Shown here: piece by piece, positions 40,263 through 53,563 of the stretch
How the letters are laid out: the number at the start of each line of letters is the position of its first letter
Position numbering within the stretch: the first letter of the stretch is position 1
Source of the DNA: Eukaryota sp. TZLM1-RC
Taxonomy: Eukaryota; Protista; Metamonada: BaSk clade
Direction of reading: 5' to 3'
NCBI GenBank assembly: GCA_040285825.1
Contig: JAUPSS010000001.1
Location: 1,674,001 to 1,738,000, forward strand
DNA: 64,000 nt
The notes under the pieces: model-generated
Seen by the model: the letters and a program-made list of their open reading frames with translations, nothing else
What the model was told of the DNA's origin: nothing
Databases searched by the model: none
Program-made: the position numbers and the translations under genes

Positions 40263-43200
40263 TTTTTTTTCTTCCTCCCTTGGTCAAGCCTCTCATTTTT
40301 CACTTTCTGTGTTGGCGTCAAAGTTGTACTGTGTCTCTCCCTGAACAATGCCAGAGACTGATAGTGACTCCGATACTGATTGGAATGCCCAAGTGAAGGT
40401 TCTACCCGTCAGATCAAGCTCATCCCCTTCACTCCTCCACTCTCCCCACCCTCCAAGCTATGCTCGAAATTCTTCTCAAAAAATTTCAAATTCAAAAAAT
40501 GATCAGCGTGCCGCAAACAACACTAAACTCTCAAAAAATGTTCCCCGTTGCTCATCCTGTCATAAAGTTGGTCATAAAAAGAATTCTAAAAAATGTGAAA
40601 ATTATCAAAATCCATCTATTTCTCATTCTGTAACCGCCGCTGCCGCTGAATTAAATAATTTAGAATTTAATTTACCTCCCAAAGATGAGTGCACTGCAGA
40701 AGACAATGATGCAGTGATGTTAGGTATTCCCCTTGAAGCAAGTCAAATTGATAATTGTGCTATTTGTAATGAAAAAGCTGAAAGATATATTTTAAAAAAT
40801 AATTTATATGTATGCCATGTTTGCTCCTCGCTTGATACATTACGGCCTCCATGTAAGATTCCAAATGTTCTCAGTCCCAAGGCTTCCATTCCCTTTTCTG
40901 TTGCGTTTAGAACATTCAGTCTTGCTTTGAAAAAAGGAGAATGGGATATATTTTCTATTTGGAAATTCTTCCTTGAACAAAAATCAGGTTCTCGTCCCCA
41001 AAAGGTTTTCACTCCAAAGAAACAACCCAAGAATAAGACTGTACGAAAACTTTTGCTACGTGGGAGATATGGTTCAGGGAAAAACGCTCTGTTCTCATCT
41101 GATCTTGCTCCTGTGACTGATGAAACTGTAAATCAATTAGTTGATCTGCATCCAGCTGAATTTCTTAATTTGGATAAACCATCTGCTTCACAATTTTGGA
41201 AACAAAATCCACTTTCTGAAAAAGAAGTTGAAACTGCCATTTTCCGTCTTCCATCTGGAAAAGCTCCAGGTCCATCTGGAATTACTTTTGATATGCTGAA
41301 ATCTGTGTGCCGCCAAAATTCCTTTATTATTAAAGATTTATGTTCCTTTTTTCAAGATGTTTTGACAATGAAAATTGTTCCACCAAAAGAATTAAGTGCA
41401 TCACGGTTAGTGGCTTTAACTAAACCTAATGGAAAAGTTCGCCCAATTGCCATTGGTGAAGCCATTTATCGCTTGATGTCTTCAGTAATTTTTAATCGAG
41501 TTTCAACAAAAGCTAAAGAATACTTTTCTCCATTCCAATATGGAATCAAAACTATAGATGGAGCTTCAGTTGCAGCTTTGACATCTGATCTGTTTTTCAA
41601 TTGTCACGAAAATAGTTGCATTTTTAATCTTGATTTCAAAATGCTTTCAATTCAGTGAAAAGAGATTCAATTTGGAAAGAAATCAAATCAAATTTTCCTG
41701 AACTCGAAACCTTTTTTTATAGGTTTTATGGTAATTCATCTGATTTAATTTTTAATTCTTTTTAATCTGGATTCTTTATCAGGAGTTAAACAAGGAGACC
41801 CTTTAGGTCCTTTCTTTTTTTGTCTTGCAATTCACCCAATTTTGAAAAAAATTAAAAGAAGAAAATTCTGACCTTCAAGTGGTAGCTTACATGGATGACA
41901 TTTCTTGTATTGGTCCAGAAAGTACAATTAATAGGGTTGCTAATGAAGCTGCTACATTATACCAATCCATAGGTCTTGACTTGAATGTTCAAAAATGTTT
42001 TTGTATTTCTAGAAAAATGTTAAGTTAATAATTAATTCCCTCGAAGTTCCATATATTGATTATACTTCAACTAGTTTCTGCTTTCTGGGTTGCTATTTAG
42101 GTTCCGCCGAAAAGACACTTGACAGCCTTGAAAATTATTTAAATTCAATTAAAAAAGAGCTAGAAGTCATAAAAACTCTTGAATTGGAAAAACATCTTAA
42201 GTTTTTTCTTTTGAAAATTTGTTATGCTGGAAAAATTACTCATTTACTGCGATCATTACCTCCATCCCTAACTTACAATTTTTGTAGACAATTTAACAAA
42301 ATACGTACCCAATTTTTGGCTTATTTAATCTCTGTTGATCCATCAATTTTGAAAAATCATATTTTTTCTGATGTTCAACTTGGCGGTGTTGGATTCAATT
42401 CATCAAAATATTTGACCAAAGCTGCATTTATTGGTGGTGGAAAAAATTTTGTATTTGAATTCTCTAGAAGATATCATTTTGCCGAAAATCTTCTTGAAAA
42501 TACAAATAGCCTATTCCTGGATAACTTAAGAGAAGAAATATCCAGTTTATCTCCCGACTTATGGCAATCATGTTTCCCCATATCCATTCAAGAAATTCCA
42601 GACAGAAGTTTATATTCATTAAAATTTGCGTTGAAAAAGCTCCAACGACATCTTTTGAAAATTTTTGAAAACAAGGATTTTATTGTTCGACTTAGCACGG
42701 CTAAGAAAGAAAATCCTGCTTTTGCCAATTTTTTGATTGATTTGAAGGACAGTTCATCTGCGGTTTTGATAAATCAAATTCCCCAGGTTTATGGTCTATT
42801 TTTGAATGACGACCAATGGACCACTGCTATGAGAATGCGTTGTTGTTTATGGCCTTGTAATTTGCCCAATGATTTGTTTTGTAAATGTGGAGCTGGTTTG
42901 ACATTATCACATTTATTTAATTGTAATAGATATATTTCCTATCGTTCTACGTTGCATGATGCAGTCAGAGATCAAATCCATGCAATGTGTAATTCCTATC
43001 ATATTGAATCTTTTGTAGAACCTTTGTTGAGGTCTCTTGATATAAATGAATGCGTAAGAGATTCAGAATATGGAAAACGACGTGCTGATGTTGTTGTGCC
43101 CTCGTTTGATGATGTCATGAATGTTGTTGATGTCGTAACAGTGGATGTTTGCAAGAAAAATGCCTTGAAAAATGCTCAATCCGAAGTATCCCCCCTTGAT

Positions 43201-43580
43201 GACTCCGAATTGTACAAACGGAAATAGTATGCAAATCCTTTAAAAGAATTGAAACATGTTCGCCATGTAGATTACCAAATTTGCCCATTTGCTATATCGT
43301 TGTATGGTCGTCTTGGAAAAACTGCTTTGAATTTTATTGATGATTTTGAAAATCTTGTGAAAAAAAGAATGAATAAGCGTTTTGATCGTCGCTTGTGGCT
43401 AAATCGTATTGTTTTTACTATTTTCAAATCAATTCCTAAAATGATTTCGAAAGCTTTAATGTCTGTCAGTGCACATTATGAAAACACTGCTGCTGTAAGG
43501 TTTGATGGTGTGGAAGCTTGTTTTGAAGATATTGACTTTTAGACTGTAGTTTAATAATAAATTAAAATTATAAAAAAAAA
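40263..43580 (+). mobile_element. Family A full-length uninterrupted element (~3.32 kb)
   Basis: 5' oligo(T)-CTTCCTCCC, 3' AATAAA + poly(A); only GCT duplicated (40260-40262, 43581-43583). Confidence 0.93.
40348..43542 (+). CDS. Family A single ORF: Zn knuckle, C4 finger, RT, CCHC, RLE (as assembled: homopolymer frameshifts near 41640-41850 and a TAG at 43225)
   Basis: CSSCHKVGH, CAIC..CHVC, RPIAIGE, LDFKNAFNS, GVKQGDPLGP, YMDD, CKC..H..C, HDAVRD, RAD..D. Confidence 0.85.
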
Positions 43581-44337
43581 GCTATGAGAATGCGTTGTTA
43601 TTTATGGCCTTGTAATTTGCCCAATGATTTGTTTTGTAAATGTGGAGCTGGTTTGACATTATCACATTTATTTAATTGTAATAGATATATTTCCTATCGT
43701 TCTACGTTGCATGATGCAGTCAGAGATCAAATCCATGCAATGTGTAATTCCTATCATATTGAATCTTTTGTAGAACCTTTGTTGAGGTCTCTTGATATAA
43801 ATGAAAGCGTAAGAGATTCAGAATATGGAAAACGACGTGCTGATGTTGTTGTGCCCTCGTTTGATGATGTCATGAATGTTGTTGATGTCGTAACAGTGGA
43901 TGTTTGCAAGAAAAATGCCTTGAAAAATGCTCAATCCGAAGTATCCCCCCTTGATGACTCCGAATTGTACAAACGGAAAAAGTATGCAAATCCTTTAAAA
44001 GAATTGAAACATGTTCGCCATGTAGATTACCAAATTTGCCCATTTGCTATATCGTTGTATGGTCGTTTTGGAAAAACTGCTTTGAATTTTATTGATGATT
44101 TTGAAAATCTTGTGAAAAAAAGAATGAATAAGCGTTTTGATCGTCGCTTGTGGCTAAATCGTATTGTTTTTACTATTTTCAAATCAATTCCTAAAATGAT
44201 TTCGAAAGCTTTAATGTCTGTCAGTGCACATTATGAAAACATTGCTGCTGTAAGGTTTGATGGTGTGGAAGCTTGTTTTGAAGAAATTGACTTTTAGACG
44301 GTGGTTTTGAAAATAAATTAAAATTTTACAAAAAACA

Positions 44338-44835
44338 TTTTTCTGATGTTCAACTTGGCGGTGTTGGATTCAATTCATCAAAATATTTGGCCAAAGCTGC
44401 ATTTGTTGGTGGTGGAAAAATTTTGTATTTGAATTCTCTAGAAGATATCCTTTTGCCGAAAATCTTCTTGAAAATACAAATAGCATATTCCTGGATAACT
44501 TAAGAGAAGAAATATCCAGTTTATCTCCCGACTTATGGCAATCATGTTTCCCCATTTCCATTCAAGAAATTCCAGACAGAAGTTTATATTCATTAAAATT
44601 TGCGTTGAAAAAGCTCCAACGACATCTTTTGAAAAATTTTGAAAACAAGGATTTTATTGTTCGACTTAGCACGGCTATGAAAGAAAATCCTGCTTTTGCC
44701 AATTTTTGATTGATTTGAAAGACAGATCATCTGCAGTTTTGATAAATCAAATTCCCCAGATTTATGGTCTATTTTTGAATGACGGCCAATGGACCACTGC
44801 TATGAGAATGCGTTGTTATTTATGGCCTTGTAATT
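44338..44835 (+). mobile_element. A-short, 5' half
   Basis: Same start (TTTTTCTGATGTTC) directly after an A tail; diagnostic variants. Confidence 0.85.
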
Positions 44836-44857
44836 TTTTTTACAAGTTAAAATTTTA

Positions 44858-45253
44858 TTTTTTTTAAATTTAATTTTATTCTAAACCTATAAATCAACAT
44901 CTAAAAAATCCATCTCTCCCAAAGCAAAAACACTAGATGCAACTCTCTCATAGTGAGATCCAAGAGAAAGCAAAGCATCAGAAACCATCTTCAACATCCC
45001 CTTAAAAATAGAAAACACAATTCTATTTTGCCAAAACAATCTGTTGAAATTTCTGCCAGTTCTTCTCTTTACAATCATTTCAAAATCATCCAAAAACGTA
45101 AAGCAGTTGGTGCAAGTGAACCAAAAGGGAAAATACAAATGGATACAAATTGTATTTTTGCATGCTGTAGACTGGCCAATTTGGACAAAGGTTCATTGTA
45201 TTTTTTGAATTTAAAATTTTCAGCATTTGAAAGGGGATTATGAATTTCAGAAT
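44858..45253 (-). mobile_element. Family B 3' fragment
   Basis: Same breakpoint and same neighbour as 16968-17371. Confidence 0.87.
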
Positions 45254-47276
45254 TTTTTTTAACATACTTTTAATTTATTTTCAAAACCACAGTCTAAAAG
45301 TCAATATCTTCAAAACAAGCTTCCACACCATCAAACCTTACAGCAGCAATGTTTTCATAATGTGCACTGACAGACATTAAAGCTTTCGAAATCATTTTAG
45401 GAATTGATTTGAAAATAGTAAAAACAATACGATTTAGCCACAAGCGACGATCAAAACGCTTATTCATTCTTTTTTTCACAAGATTTTCAAAATCATCAAT
45501 AAAATTCAAAGCAGTTTTTCCAAGACGACCATACAACGATATAGCAAATGGGAAAATTTGGTAATCTACATGGCGCGAACATGTTTCAATTCTTTTTAAA
45601 GGATTTGCATACTTTTTCCGTTTGTACAATTCGGAGTCATCAAGGAGGGATACTTCGGATTGAGCATTTTTCAAGGCATTTTCCTTGCATACATCCACTG
45701 TTACGACATCAACAACATTCATGACATCATCAAACGAGGGCACAACAACATCAGCACGTCGTTTTCCATATTCTGAATCTCTTACGCTTTCATTTATATC
45801 CAGAGACCTCAACAAAGGTTCTACAAAAGATTCAATATGATAGGAATTACACATTGCATGGATTTGATCTCTGACTGCATCATGCAATGTAGAACGATAG
45901 AAAATATATCTATTACAATTAAATAAATGTAATAATGTCAAAGCAGCTCCACATTTACAAAACAAATCATTGGGCAAATTACAAGGCCATAAATAACAAC
46001 GCATTCTCATAGCAGTGGTCCATTGGCCGTCATTCAAAAATAGACCATAAATCTGGGGAATTTGATTTATCAAAACTGCAGATGATCTGTCTTTCAAATC
46101 AATCAAAAAATTGGCAAAAGCAGGATTTTCTTTCATAGCCGTGCTAAGTCGAACAATAAAATCCTTGTTTTCAAAATTTTTCAAAAGATGTCGTTGGAGC
46201 TTTTATTTATTTATTGAATTTGCACACTTGATTAAATTAAATCATAACTAATGGGACGACTATCATTAAACCAAGATTTCCTCTACAAAATCTTGATTTG
46301 CTTGCTGTCTAGCTAAAGCTTCTCTAATTCGATTGAAAAACCGCGGTAATCTATTAATAATGGCAAATTGAATCCGTGAACGCCATAAAAAAATATCAAA
46401 TCTTTTCATTGTTTTTTCTTTCACCATTTTTTGGAAGTCATCCAAAAAAGTTTCTGCTTCAACTGATAATCTTCCATTTATCGAAAATGGAAAAGCAATA
46501 AAAACCAGCTGTGTATTTCTATCGATATTTGCATCTTCAATTTCTTTATCATATTTTCTATGTTTTTCTTTTGCTTTAAAATCCAGAGCAGCCACAGGAT
46601 TAAGTTTTCTTCTGTGAACCAAAGTATCGTTTGCAACATTACATGAGACAAAGTCAACAATAGCTTCAGAATTATCAATCCAATCACAGTATACATCACC
46701 TCTATCATCAGAACCAAAATTATTCAGAGAAAGTGTTTCTTTCAGCAGGGGCTCTTTGATACACGATATCCTTGCAGTTTGTGCCATATTGAAAACAGTG
46801 TCTCTAACAGCATCATGTAATGAAGAACGATAAGTTATCAATTTAGAGCAATTTAGAGCATGGCGCAAAGTGAGTTGAGGTGAATTCGAACAAATACATT
46901 TTTCTTTTGATAATAATTGGTTAATGGGGATGTTCAAATATAATCTCATATTTGTTACAAATGCTTCATTAGTAGCACACAATCCAAATCTTCGTGGTAC
47001 AATGGTTACAAAAAGTGAAGAATCTGACACCTTGTTTTCACAAACACCCTTTTCCAATAACAATGAGTGAAGATCTTGATTTAAAACAGCCGAGCTGCAA
47101 ATATTATTATAAAGATCTTTTTCATACATTCCAGTCAATCTTTTCTGTAATGTTCGAAGAGTGTACTTCAAATTTAAAACATTTTTTTCTGGAATATTGC
47201 CATTGAATGATTGGGGAAAACATCGACCCCATTTTTCTACATCAATTCTTGAAATTTCTTCATTTAATGCAAAAAC

Positions 47277-50200
47277 TTTTTTTTTTTAAAATTTAATTTT
47301 ATTCTAAACCTATAAATCAACATCTAAAAAAATCCATCTCTCCCAAAACAAAAACACTAGATGCAACTCTCTCATAGTGAGATCCAAGAGAAAGCAAAGC
47401 ATCAGAAACCATCTTCAACATCCCCTTAAAAATAGAAAACACAATTCTATTTTGCCAAAACAATCTGTTGAAATTTCTGCCAGTTCTTCTCTTTACAATC
47501 ATTTCAAAATCATCCAAAAACGTAAAGCAGTTGGTGCAAGTGAACCAAAAAGGGAAAATACAAATGGATACAAATTGTATTTTGCATGCTGTAGACTGGC
47601 CAATTTGGACAAAGGTTCATTGTATTTTTTGAATTTAAAATTTTCAGCATTTGAAAGGGGATTATGAATTTCAGAATTAACAAGCCTTTCATTTGAGGCA
47701 TTACAAGGATCAACAGACATTACATCCAATAAAATGAAGCTTCCATCTAATCCAGGTAATATGACATCACCTCTATTATTCTTATGAAAATCATTTTCAG
47801 CATCAAACAGATTTGACAACAAAGGTTCCAAGAAGGATTCAATTCTATGAGATTTACACATACAATATAACTGGTCTCTTACAGCATCATGAACCTTGCT
47901 TCTAAAAGTAATAAAATGTTTACAATTTAACAAATGAGTAGTTGTAATTTCTCGAGAACATTTACAAATTAAATTATGAGGTAAATTATCAGGCCAGATA
48001 AAGGAACGAAATCTCATATTCAGAGTCCAAGCAGAATCGGATAAGAGAGTACCATATACTTGTGGAATTGTTGTTACTAAGGCAGAAGAAGTACTGTCAC
48101 ACATATCTTGTAAAAGATTTGCAAAAGCGGGATTCTTTTTCTTGGCCAAGCCAAGTCTAACATCAAAATCCAAGCTTTCAAAAATCTTTGACAATTTTTG
48201 TTGAAGCTTTTTACAGCAAAACTGTAAATTAAATAGAGATCGGTTTGGAATTTCTTGAATTGATTGAGGAAAGCATTTGGTCCAAATTTGTGGCGGTAAT
48301 TTTTCAAGTTCACAAGATAACTCATACAAATAGGGACTACAATTGGGGACTAACAGATGAGAATCATCAGGAAATCTACGAGAAAATTCATAAATAAAAT
48401 TTTTGCCACCACCCAAGAATGCTGATTGACACAAAATTGAAGATTTAGTAAATCCAATACCCCCCAAATTTGCTGAAGAAAATAAATGGCTTTTCAACAT
48501 TCCTGGTTCTACATCCAATAAATCAGCAAAAAATTCTGTTCTCAATGAATTAAAAGAACGACAAAAATCTAATGCTATGGAAGGAGCACAAGATCTCAAA
48601 ATGTGGGTTATTCTCCCAGTGTAGCAAATTTTAAGCATAAAAAAATTTAATATGCTTTTCTATATCTAAAGAAGAAATTGAATCAAGTTCAATTTTCATT
48701 TTTTCCAAAATAACTTGCAATTCATTCTGAATTTGAGGCACATTTCCTAACCAACAACCAAGGAACTTAAAAGCATCACTACTATAATTAGTAAAAGGGA
48801 CAATAGAATCGTTTATCACGAGGTCTTGAGCAGAAGAGCCAATCAGAAGGCATTTGCTGGCATTAAGATGAAGCCCAATATTTTCATATGAATCGGCAAT
48901 TTCTTGAGCAACCAATTCTAGTAAATCAAATGAACCAATCAAGGATATATCATCCATATAAGCAACTATTTTTATGGAAGGGTATTTTTGCTTAATGATA
49001 TTTAAAGTTTTGTGAATAGCTAAACAAAACAATAATGGACCTAAAGGATCACCTTGCTTCACACCAGAAGATGATTTAAGACCAAATGAATTAAAAATTA
49101 AATCTGATTCTTTACCATAAAAATGGTAGAAAAAACTCGATAGCTCAGGAAAATCAGATTTAATAACTTCAAAAATTGCTTCTCGCTTTACAGAATTAAA
49201 AGCATTTTTAAAGTCGAGATTAAAAATAAAATTATTTTCCTCTGCATTAAAAAAGGTATCAGAGGCAATAGCAGCAACAGAAGCACCATCAATTGTTTTG
49301 ATTCCAAATTGATGAGGATTTAAAAATGTAGAAGCTTTGTCTTTGACACGATCGAAGACAATTGATGCCAGCAAACGAGAAAGAGATTCACCAACAGCAA
49401 TTGGGCGTATTCCATCAGGTTTGATTCCGTTTCCAGGCTTTACTAAAGCAATCAGACGTGCTGCGAGCAATTCAAAAGGAGGATTTATTTTCAAAACAAT
49501 TAATTGTTGGAAATAGTGGGCTAGATCATCAGCAATTTCGGGAGCACTGGAACACGCTATTTTTAAGAGATCAAAAGAAATTCCAGATGGGCCTGCTGCT
49601 TTCCCCTTAGGTAATTTTTGAATAGCTTTAAGAACCTCAATTGCAGTAATAGGATTTTCAATCCAAAAAGGACACACTTCAGGCTTGCTGCACTTGAAAT
49701 TTTCTTGAGGATGCAACTTTTGGAGTTTTTCAAGGGTATCAGAGTTTACATCAGCCAAAGAAGAGGAAAACAAAGACTGCTTTGCGGCACCATAACGACC
49801 ACGTAAGCACAATTTTCGGCAAATTTTTGATTTTACAATTTTTCTATTTCCAAATTTTTTCTTAAAACAATTTTTGTTTTTTCTAGCAAAATATTTCCAG
49901 AAGGATGAAATATTCCACTTATTATTTTTCAATTCAGAAGTAAAATTTCTCATTTCCATTGAGAAGGGGATTGTGCTGGCGGGACTTATTTCTACTGGGA
50001 TCCGGATCGGGGGTCTTACGGTATCAACGGCTTTACAATTCGTACAAAACAGAAGTTTTCGACCATTTCGTGAATCTGCAACATCTTTTTTGCAAAATGG
50101 ACAACAAAAATTACTGTTTTCAGAAGGGGAAGAAGAGGGAACACTAGAAGCATTTAACTGTTGATCGTCAGAAACATTATTTTCAGCACCATTCACAACG

Positions 50201-50766
50201 GCAACAGCTGGAACAGAACATTTGAGAATTTGTTGAGCAGATTTTAATTCAAATTCTCTTTTTTGTTTCTCAGGGCACGTTCTCGAATTATGACCACTGA
50301 TACCACAAATCGAACATTTTTTAGAACCTTTTAATGGCACTGGTTTCGTTTTTTCAGTTCTTTCAATTTTGTCAATTTTTGAGTTAAAAGTAGAAATAGA
50401 CTTTTGACTTTTTGCAGTTTCAGCTGGAGAAAACAAATTTCGAGAAACGGAGTTGTTAATAGAACGCGCAACAGAACGCAAGGAACGTAATGGTGGTTTT
50501 TCTGTGTTTTTTCTGGTACAATGATCAGTTTTTGAATGAAAATTTTTTTGAGATGAATTTCGAGCATAGCTTGTATTGTGGGGAGAGTGGGGAAGTGGAG
50601 TGGATGAGCTTGATCTGACTGGTAGAATCTTTGCTTGGGCGTTCCAATCAGTATCAGAGTCACTATCAGCCAAAGGCATCGTTTTGACAGAGAAACAGTA
50701 CGACTTTGACACTTTGACAGAAAGTGAAATATGAAAGGGTTGACTAAGGGAGGGAGAAAAAAAAAA
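47277..50766 (-). mobile_element. Family B full-length uninterrupted element (~3.49 kb)
   Basis: 5' T10-CTCCCTCCC, 3' poly(A); C target GCAAAAAC|AGTGG with up to AAAAAC duplicated. Confidence 0.93.
47310..50679 (-). CDS. Family B single ORF (Zn knuckle, C4 finger, RT, CCHC, RLE); breaks only at homopolymers (~48640, ~47517, ~47328)
   Basis: ORFs 48631-50712 and 47499-48638; CSICGISGHNSRTC, CPFC..CTNC, YMDD, HDAVRD, RGD..D. Confidence 0.87.
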
Positions 50767-53563
50767 CAGTGGAACTTTGCGTTGTCATCAATAAATCTTC
50801 CCAATCTGCAAATCTTTCGGAGAACTCAAAGATTGCATTTCTGCATCCACCAACAAAAGCACACGAGGTAAGAATAGAAGCCTTCGTCCACCCTAAACCA
50901 CCATATTGTGGACTAAGGTAAGCATGATCTGGAATTTGAAACATTTTACATCCCAGTAATTGAGACAGAACTTTTGCACGTAACTCATTAAACTTTTGAG
51001 CCAAAGGTCTAGTGACGAGAGGATTTGTAGATCGAAATATATGATTAAAATTGGAACTAAAACACAGTCTTATAATGGTAAATTTGATGTGTTTTTTTAT
51101 ATCTAAATTCATCATTCGGTCAATTTTGTCAGAAATTGAGTTCAACTTTTCAAACAATTTTTTTGGTAATTTCATCATTATTTCCTAAAAACGAACCCAA
51201 ATGACGAATAGCATCAATTGAATATAATTTTGCTTGAATTTCAATATCATCAATTATTGTGGAAACTGGAGAATTCGATAACAAAACACATTTAAGTAAA
51301 TTAAGTCGGAGACCAATTTTGGTAAATAATTCTTTAAAACATACAGTTGCTTTTTTCACAATATTTAATTCACCAATAAGCACAACATCATCCATATATG
51401 CAATCATTTTTAGTGAAGGAAACATCTCTTGAATTTGCAGTAGAATAGGATGAATGGCCAAACAAAACAAAAGAGGTCCTAACGGATCTCCTTGCTTTAC
51501 GCCACTGGATGAAATCAAAATGTTGTTACCAAAATGTAAATTAGAATATGTGCAATATGTTGATTGAAAATATGGTATTAATTCTGGCATATATTGCAAT
51601 AGAGCACCATGGATACTGCGACGACTTAGCGAATTGAAAGCATTACTAAAAATCCAATGACATGCAAACATTGGATTCATTTTGACGAAATAAGACATCA
51701 GTAGCAAAAATCGCTGAAGAGACTCCATCTGTAGTATTTATACCATATTGAAAGGGTAATAAAATCTTTTTAGCTTTTTCATTGAACCTGCTTAAGCAAC
51801 ACGCAGAAAAAATATTATGTAAGCTCTCAGAGACTGCAATAGGACGAACATCCATTTTTGAATTTTTGACAAGTGCAGTCAAACGAGAACTTCTTAATTC
51901 TTCTGGGTACTTGCGTTGACCAGATAATATTTGGTTGAAAAATTTGGTCATTAAACCAAGGCAATCTTCTGAAGAAATAATCGCGGCTTTTACATGATCA
52001 ATAGTAATACCAGAAAGTCCGGCAGACTTACCACGAGGTCTCTTTTTGATAACCGAAAAAACTTCTGATGGCATCAATGGATAATTTTCCCAGTATGTGC
52101 CGTAAAAATTTTGATCCATAACAGGGTCTTCATAAGGATGAAGTATTTTCAGTTTATCTACTGTATCTTCATTGTTCGGTGCTTTGACTCCGGGACTTAA
52201 ATCTAACAAAGCCTTGGACCATTTGTTGTCAAAGCATTTGTCTTCAAAAATTTTACTTAATTTCTCGGATGACTGATTTCTCGGTGCTATATTGGTTAAA
52301 TCTTCGGAAATATTAACGAAATTTTGTTCAAAAGGAGGACAAAAAGAACCAAAAATTCCCAAATAATATTGATAGCATACTTTCCTTTACATAATTGATC
52401 CAAAAATCTTTGAAAAACGAAAGCAAATTCATTGCATTTGGTCGGATGAATTTCTTGAGGTATTCTTATAGAAGGATGGTAGTTATCAACTATGCGGCAT
52501 TTCAAGCAGCGATCAGAAGTTTTTCCTTTGCATTTTTTCTAAAAGAAATACCACAAGTGTTGCACGTTTTGTGCTTCAATCGATTGCTAACTGGTTTTGC
52601 AACAACTTGTGGAGCATTATTTATGGGTTCTACCTTAGACTCTTTCCTTCTAATAAATTTTCTTTTACATTTTGTTTCAGAATTTGCCGCATCATTTTTT
52701 TCCAACATTGGGGCATGTTCGAGCATTATGTCCCTGTTGTCGACACTTTGAGCATCTGTAGGAGCGTGGCTTTGTTTTTGAACAAACTTTTTTTTCATCG
52801 TGATTGTCTAAAAATTCTTGATCAGAATTTTTTTTGTCCAAAAATGAAGAAAGAAGAGGTTGAGGAGGAGAGGTGGAAAGGACGTCTTGAGCATCTTGTT
52901 GACTATCGTTCTTTCTTTTGACTCCATTAGAATCAGAAACTGATTCAGACATCAACAAGAAAGAATAGAAGCAATGATCTCGGTTCAGCCAGGTTTTAAG
53001 TTAAACGGTTATATGTAGAGGAAGAAAAAAAAGGAGCTTTTCAACGCAAATTTTAATGAATATAAACTTCTGTCTGGAATTTCTTGAATGGAAATGGGGA
53101 AACATGATTGCCATAAGTCGGGAGATAAACTGGATATTTCTTCTCTTAAGTTATCCAGGAATATGCTATTTGTATTTTCAAGAAGATTTTAAATTAAAAT
53201 TTTACCACCAATTTAAAAATTTACCACCAATTTAAAAAAAGGCATATGGGATGTAACACCGCTATGGAAATTTTTTTTGCTTAAAGATAAAAAATTATTG
53301 TCATCAAAATCAAAATTTCGTCCTTCAGTAATGAAGAAAGAAAAAATTGTTCGAAAATTAGCTTTAAAGGGACGCTATGGTTCCGCTAAGCAATGCCTGT
53401 TTTCCTCTGAACTTGCAGAATGTAATGAAAATACTGTTGCTCAACTAAAGAGTCTCCATCCTGTTGAAAATTTTAAGTGCCCTAAACCTAATAATGTAAG
53501 TTATTGGGAGCAAAATCCCGTAACTAATGATGAACTAATTAAATTGATAAACCAATTACCATC

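Larger units (their letters stand above)
39596..44335 (+). mobile_element. Family A element, 5'-truncated (39596-40262 + 43581-44335), split by a full-length A
   Basis: QWTTA|MRMRCYLW rejoins across the nested copy. Confidence 0.88.
46205..53032 (-). mobile_element. Family C full-length element, split by a full-length B
   Basis: 5' T8-CTTCCTCT at 53032, ATG 52952; TSD GGAGCTTTT at 46196-46204 and 53033-53041. Confidence 0.9.

Noticed and set aside
40262-40420. HDV-like or hammerhead ribozyme at element 5' ends
   Set aside because: Could not identify the hammerhead CUGANGA/GAAA core or an HDV pseudoknot by eye; needs an RNA motif search
41630-41860. Programmed ribosomal frameshifts separating ORF1/ORF2
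   Set aside because: Break positions differ from copy to copy and sit in homopolymers; other copies read through
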